Shown here piece by piece: positions 60,213-64,000 of a stretch of DNA of 64,000 bases. Where the stretch lies: IMG/VR virus record IMGVR_UViG_3300044655_001909, one strand, 5' to 3'. The position numbers and the translations under genes are program-made. This DNA is from an uncultured virus (IMG/VR IMGVR_UViG_3300044655_001909) (lineage: Duplodnaviria > Heunggongvirae > Uroviricota > Caudoviricetes). Position 1 is the stretch's first letter; the number at the start of each line of letters is the position of its first letter. Under the pieces are notes generated by a model, which was not told where the DNA came from, did not search any database, and saw only the letters and a program-made list of their open reading frames with translations.

Positions 60213-60352
60213 ATATTATATATAAAGTTATCGAAACGATAATAAAATCAAAATGTCGATGGCCGACATTTATATATTTATTAGTTATATATCATGATGT
60301 TACATGTTTTTGAAATTACTAAACTTATTTAAAATAAATTATATATCTTTGT

Positions 60353-60538
60353 ATGATAATAACTTGTATAAAAAATTGTTGGGTCGGTAGATACTACCGA
60401 ATAGGTGACAGCATAAACATCACAGAAAGACAATTCCTCAGTGAACACTACGTTCATAACGGACATATGTTTCCTAAAGAAAAGTTCCTAACAATCGAAG
60501 AATTAAGAGATTACAAAATTAAAAAAATATGCGAATAG
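60353..60538 (+). CDS. Small protein with C-terminal LRDYKIKKI motif
   Basis: Shared motif; TATCTTTG at 60344-60351. Confidence 0.6.
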   Translation: MIITCIKNCWVGRYYRIGDSINITERQFLSEHYVHNGHMFPKEKFLTIEELRDYKIKKICE

Positions 60539-60945
60539 TATTCACGGATATCGACGGTGTTCTTAATCCACATTGGAAAACAAAGTGGAGTAAGATAGCT
60601 ATTGACCAATATAACAAGGTTTGTAGAGACTTTGACCTAACTCCTGTAATAACTTCTACCTGGCGACTAAATCACACCTTAGAAGAGCTACAAGAGATTT
60701 TTACTAAACAAGGTATAACAACTCCAATTTATGATTTTACACCTCATATAGATCAAGCTGATAGAGGAATAGAAATAAAAGAATGGTTGAATAATAATGC
60801 TGTTGATAACTTTGTTATCATAGATGATAAAACTTCAGACATAGAACGACATATAAATAATGTGGTAAAGTGTCGAAGTTGGATTGGTTTATCACCAGAC
60901 GAATATAATGAAATTAAAAATATATTAGATGAAAGTAATTTGTAA
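60529..60945 (+). CDS. HAD-family phosphatase (HAD_SAK_2-like)
   Basis: FTDIDGVLN, ITSTWR, RGIEIKEWL, FVIIDD. Confidence 0.85.
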   Translation: MRIVFTDIDGVLNPHWKTKWSKIAIDQYNKVCRDFDLTPVITSTWRLNHTLEELQEIFTKQGITTPIYDFTPHIDQADRGIEIKEWLNNNAVDNFVIIDDKTSDIERHINNVVKCRSWIGLSPDEYNEIKNILDESNL

Positions 60946-61159
60946 CATAGGATATGAAGCTACTCACAAATGTGAGACTGGACCCGTTAGAATTATCTTT
61001 GAAAAAGGTAAAGTTTATGATACGTTATCAGAGTATGATAATTGTTATTTATTTTTAATAAATCACGACATTTATATTATAAAGAAACTTTACTTTCTAA
61101 CACTTGAAGAAGTGGCTAAGAGAAAGAAGTTCTCATTTAATCAACAGTTTAGGGGTTAA
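60929..61159 (+). CDS. Small hypothetical protein
   Basis: MKVIC..FEKGKVY..YFLTLEE; resembles 60353..60538. Confidence 0.55.
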   Translation: MKVICNIGYEATHKCETGPVRIIFEKGKVYDTLSEYDNCYLFLINHDIYIIKKLYFLTLEEVAKRKKFSFNQQFRG

Positions 61160-61658
61160 GCAAACTTTCTTCTACCTTTGAAATAGGTAATCTCATTATC
61201 TTTATACGTATTTCCTCAAAAATCTGGCTACGTGGATTATTATAAGAATTCCAATTATAATAATGAGGATCTCTTTTCTCATCTAATAAATCCTTTATTC
61301 TTGCAGCACCTTCTCTAGTGTATGATAAACTACTGCCTAAACGTTCAGTAAAAAATGTAACCACCGCAATAGTATACCTTCTATCTAACATAATCAAATA
61401 AGGTAACATATAATCTTTTATTTGATTCCAAGTAAACTGTTCTTTATCTAAATTAGGATCACGACCAGTATAAAAAGGTGTATCACCTTTTCTAATTCTA
61501 ATTACTTCATAAACATCAGATGTAAAATCACCTGAGTTGACCTGGAATTTAAAACCATCATCCGTAAGATAAGCCAAATAATCATTAGTAAAATCCAATA
61601 ACTCTTCAGTCCTATCTGGTTGTTCCCACTTCTCTTCAAATAACTTTATATACTTCAT
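61149..61658 (-). CDS. LAYLxDDGF-family protein with leader MKYIKLFEE
   Basis: DFTNDYLAYLTDDGF..FTWNQIKDYMLPYL. Confidence 0.75.
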   Translation of the reverse strand: MKYIKLFEEKWEQPDRTEELLDFTNDYLAYLTDDGFKFQVNSGDFTSDVYEVIRIRKGDTPFYTGRDPNLDKEQFTWNQIKDYMLPYLIMLDRRYTIAVVTFFTERLGSSLSYTREGAARIKDLLDEKRDPHYYNWNSYNNPRSQIFEEIRIKIMRLPISKVEESLLNP

Positions 61659-62092
61659 TTCTTCTTATCATTTATTGTTATAGAGATCTTATCGAGTATT
61701 AAATATTTTAATTCTTCTTCATCAAATAAATCTTGTAACGAATAACAAATACCACTCATACTTTCATCATATATTACATACGGTTTATCTGACCTATTAC
61801 GTGATGAGTCTTCTAATTCATATCTTCTTTCCAATAGTTGTAAAAATGGTAAAACCTTATCCTTTATTAAATCCCAAGAAGTACCTTCATCTTTCTTTAT
61901 ACTTATGTTTATACATCTACTATCAACTGGTATATAACCTTTTTTAGTATTCCAAATACTAAAATCTATTTCCCAACCTTCATCAACTAAATAAGCTAAC
62001 GATTGTTCAGTAAAATCTTTTACTTCATCTAAAAGATTATCGTAATACAATTCAACATCTTTCCAACCTTCAAATAAATTTATATATCTCAT
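61655..62092 (-). CDS. LAYLxDEG-family protein with leader MRYINLFEG
   Basis: DFTEQSLAYLVDEGW..WDLIKDKVLPFL. Confidence 0.75.
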   Translation of the reverse strand: MRYINLFEGWKDVELYYDNLLDEVKDFTEQSLAYLVDEGWEIDFSIWNTKKGYIPVDSRCINISIKKDEGTSWDLIKDKVLPFLQLLERRYELEDSSRNRSDKPYVIYDESMSGICYSLQDLFDEEELKYLILDKISITINDKKK

Positions 62093-62934
62093 CCTTTAAC
62101 TATTATTCTTATCATAGTATAAAACTTATTGATAAGCCACTGATCAGCTTCACCACTTACAAGTTCTTCTATGTCTTTTCTAGTATCATATTGGTACTGT
62201 CTTCCACCATTTTGATAAAATACTATTTCTAAAATATGATACTCTTTATTCAACATATAAATAAATGGTGAAAACCTATCTACAATTTCTTCCCAAGTGA
62301 AACCCGAACGCTTAACTATTGCAATCTTTGTACAACCACCACCGTAATTATGTGAATCATATGTACTGATTTCAAAATTATCATCTATTAGATAAGCTAA
62401 ACGATCCTGAGTAAACTCAAGAACATCATCTTTAAGACTTTCATTAGTTCTCAGTTGCCAAGAATACTGACCAACACTATGATCTAATACAACTATTTTA
62501 ACAGAACTAATTACAGTAGCCTGTTCATAAGAAAGATTTTTATAAACTTTAGTTACAGTGAAAATCTTTTCTTTTACTTTGTCGTCGATAACATCTTGAA
62601 AACTCATCTTAACTTGAGCAACTCCAATTCCTCTAATTTGAAAGAAAATCAAATGATCTTTTATATCATACTGCTTATCTAACATCTTTAAAAAAGGAAT
62701 AAAACTATCTTTTATCTGATCCCAATCCATCCAATCTACTGATATATGTTCGACATCTGTTTTGGGTTTAACAAAATCTATTTGAGTTACTCTACCATTT
62801 TCCCAAAAAGCCAAAGCATAACCATCATCTAACAAATAAGCTAGATACATCTCACAAAAATCTTTTAAATCCTCTTGTGATATAGCTTCATTAAATGGCT
62901 TTAAGTATTTCATACAACTCTTTAAGTATCTCAT
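62089..62934 (-). CDS. Double-domain LAYLxDD-family protein with tandem leader (MRYLKSC-MKYLKPFNEA)
   Basis: Two domain copies (LAYLLDDGY, LAYLIDDNF) joined at TNES. Confidence 0.75.
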   Translation of the reverse strand: MRYLKSCMKYLKPFNEAISQEDLKDFCEMYLAYLLDDGYALAFWENGRVTQIDFVKPKTDVEHISVDWMDWDQIKDSFIPFLKMLDKQYDIKDHLIFFQIRGIGVAQVKMSFQDVIDDKVKEKIFTVTKVYKNLSYEQATVISSVKIVVLDHSVGQYSWQLRTNESLKDDVLEFTQDRLAYLIDDNFEISTYDSHNYGGGCTKIAIVKRSGFTWEEIVDRFSPFIYMLNKEYHILEIVFYQNGGRQYQYDTRKDIEELVSGEADQWLINKFYTMIRIIVKG

Positions 62935-63356
62935 TTGTTCTCTAACATTATTTCAATATATTGTATCTCATCATCATCTTCATACCATTTATCTACAACT
63001 CTTATAAACTTCTCATAAGTAAACTCTCTTGATTCAAGTCTCTGACGAATCTCAATCACCGAACCATTATCAGAACCATCAGTATCAAACTTATAATTCT
63101 TATGTAATTGTATCACAAATGGAACAACATGATCTTTGACCTCACCCCACTCGAAATTAGTTCTCATAACCTCATGACCCATATTGATAGTCTTACACAA
63201 AATAACACAAACAAATCGAGAAGGTTTCTTCCAATCAGTATCTTCAATTCTTATCTCAAAGTCAGGATCATCCAACAAGTAAGCTAAGTTCATCTCACAG
63301 AAATCTCTCAACTCATCTTTATCTAAACTCTCAAAAATCTTCTTTAAATACTTCAT
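62931..63356 (-). CDS. LAYLxDD-family protein with leader MKYLKKIFES
   Basis: DFCEMNLAYLLDD..WGEVKDHVVPFV; likely start 63356. Confidence 0.75.
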   Translation of the reverse strand: MKYLKKIFESLDKDELRDFCEMNLAYLLDDPDFEIRIEDTDWKKPSRFVCVILCKTINMGHEVMRTNFEWGEVKDHVVPFVIQLHKNYKFDTDGSDNGSVIEIRQRLESREFTYEKFIRVVDKWYEDDDEIQYIEIMLENK

Positions 63357-63357
63357 A

Positions 63358-63645
63358 CTATTCTTTTGTTTTAAGTGAATCAATAAACTTAGCCAATTGA
63401 CGGTCTAATTCCGTAATTTCCTTTTTATCATGTGTAAATAAAGTAATTTCTAACTGAAATCCTTTATGTATTTTACAATCTGGATGATGGTTTACCTCAT
63501 CAGCATATTCAGCAACTTTTAATAAAAATTGAGCTAATTCAGTTTGTGATTCAAACTTGAAGTTACTTACTAATTTACCATCAATCTCTTTGAAAGAACT
63601 CACACTCTTATCTAAACTCTCAAAAATCTTTTTTAAATATTTCAT
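63358..63645 (-). CDS. Pterin-4a-carbinolamine dehydratase (PCD/PhhB-like) with leader MKYLKKIFES
   Basis: L...FKF...F...VA..A...NHHPD, I.LFTHD..ITELD..LA..ID. Confidence 0.85.
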   Translation of the reverse strand: MKYLKKIFESLDKSVSSFKEIDGKLVSNFKFESQTELAQFLLKVAEYADEVNHHPDCKIHKGFQLEITLFTHDKKEITELDRQLAKFIDSLKTKE

Positions 63646-63995
63646 TTCTTATCTTCTTTTTCTGTTAAAATAATTTGTAATCTAATCGCAGTATCGTTTA
63701 TTACAACTGAGTTAGTCACTGTCTTGAAAGACATCACAATCTTTTTACTAACAAACTTATCAGATAAACTTAATAGAAGCTTATCAGCAGCATCCTGTGC
63801 GAAAAACTCAACCTGATTCAATATATCAGATCTAAAATTAGATAACGGAACCGGTGGTTTAAATTGACTAGCAGTAAATACCTTCATCGGTTCAGATCTC
63901 ACACCAATTATTACATTCTCATATTGAATACCAGTTCTTAAAATTGATTGCCACTCATCAGTAGTAAGCTTTCTCTCCATAGAAATTGCTGTCAT
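63642..63995 (-). CDS. Hypothetical protein (may extend beyond the window)
   Basis: ORF at the window edge. Confidence 0.5.
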   Translation of the reverse strand: MTAISMERKLTTDEWQSILRTGIQYENVIIGVRSEPMKVFTASQFKPPVPLSNFRSDILNQVEFFAQDAADKLLLSLSDKFVSKKIVMSFKTVTNSVVINDTAIRLQIILTEKEDKK

Positions 63996-64000
63996 TGGTT

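Noticed and set aside
1..64000. Stop-codon recoding (as in Lak or some crAss-like phages)
   Set aside because: Code-11 ORFs tile the window densely, known enzymes are full length, and TAG/TGA act as real stops (e.g. 22729, 59045)
1..64000. tRNA or rRNA genes
   Set aside because: No intergenic stretch with a cloverleaf or T-loop pattern was seen by eye; a tRNAscan/Infernal run would be needed to exclude them fully

Overview
Very AT-rich, gene-dense 64 kb segment of a large tailed-phage (jumbo/huge myovirus-like) genome in the standard genetic code. TAnnTTTG promoter boxes, A-rich starts without Shine-Dalgarno sequences and host-like genes point to a Bacteroidota host. Recognisable genes include a T4 gp6-like baseplate wedge, several collagen/repeat-rich fibre proteins, a putative holin, Prs, guanylate kinase, two MazG-like pyrophosphohydrolases, a Dam-type methyltransferase, two GIY-YIG/NUMOD1 homing endonucleases, two glycosyltransferases, Skp-like and J-domain chaperones, an Hc1-like protein and nucleotidyltransferase, ATP-grasp and HAD enzymes. 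The most striking unexplained structure is two mutually exclusive short peptide tags on otherwise unrelated proteins. About 19 proteins begin M-K/R-(Y/H/N)-(L/I/V)-K-x-F-x(0-3)-E, like the T4 capsid-targeting sequence, and mostly lie behind a WATATATA box. About 16 small proteins carry an R-(D/E/Q/N)-x-K-(I/L)-x-x-(I/L)-L helix, usually C-terminal, and lie in blocks behind host-type or AAAC-N17/18-TATAA boxes. The first group includes an expanded 'LxD(D/E)GF' domain family. A perfect 54-bp direct repeat brackets a 4.3-kb fibre cassette. All protein calls come from motif recognition by eye; no database searches were run.
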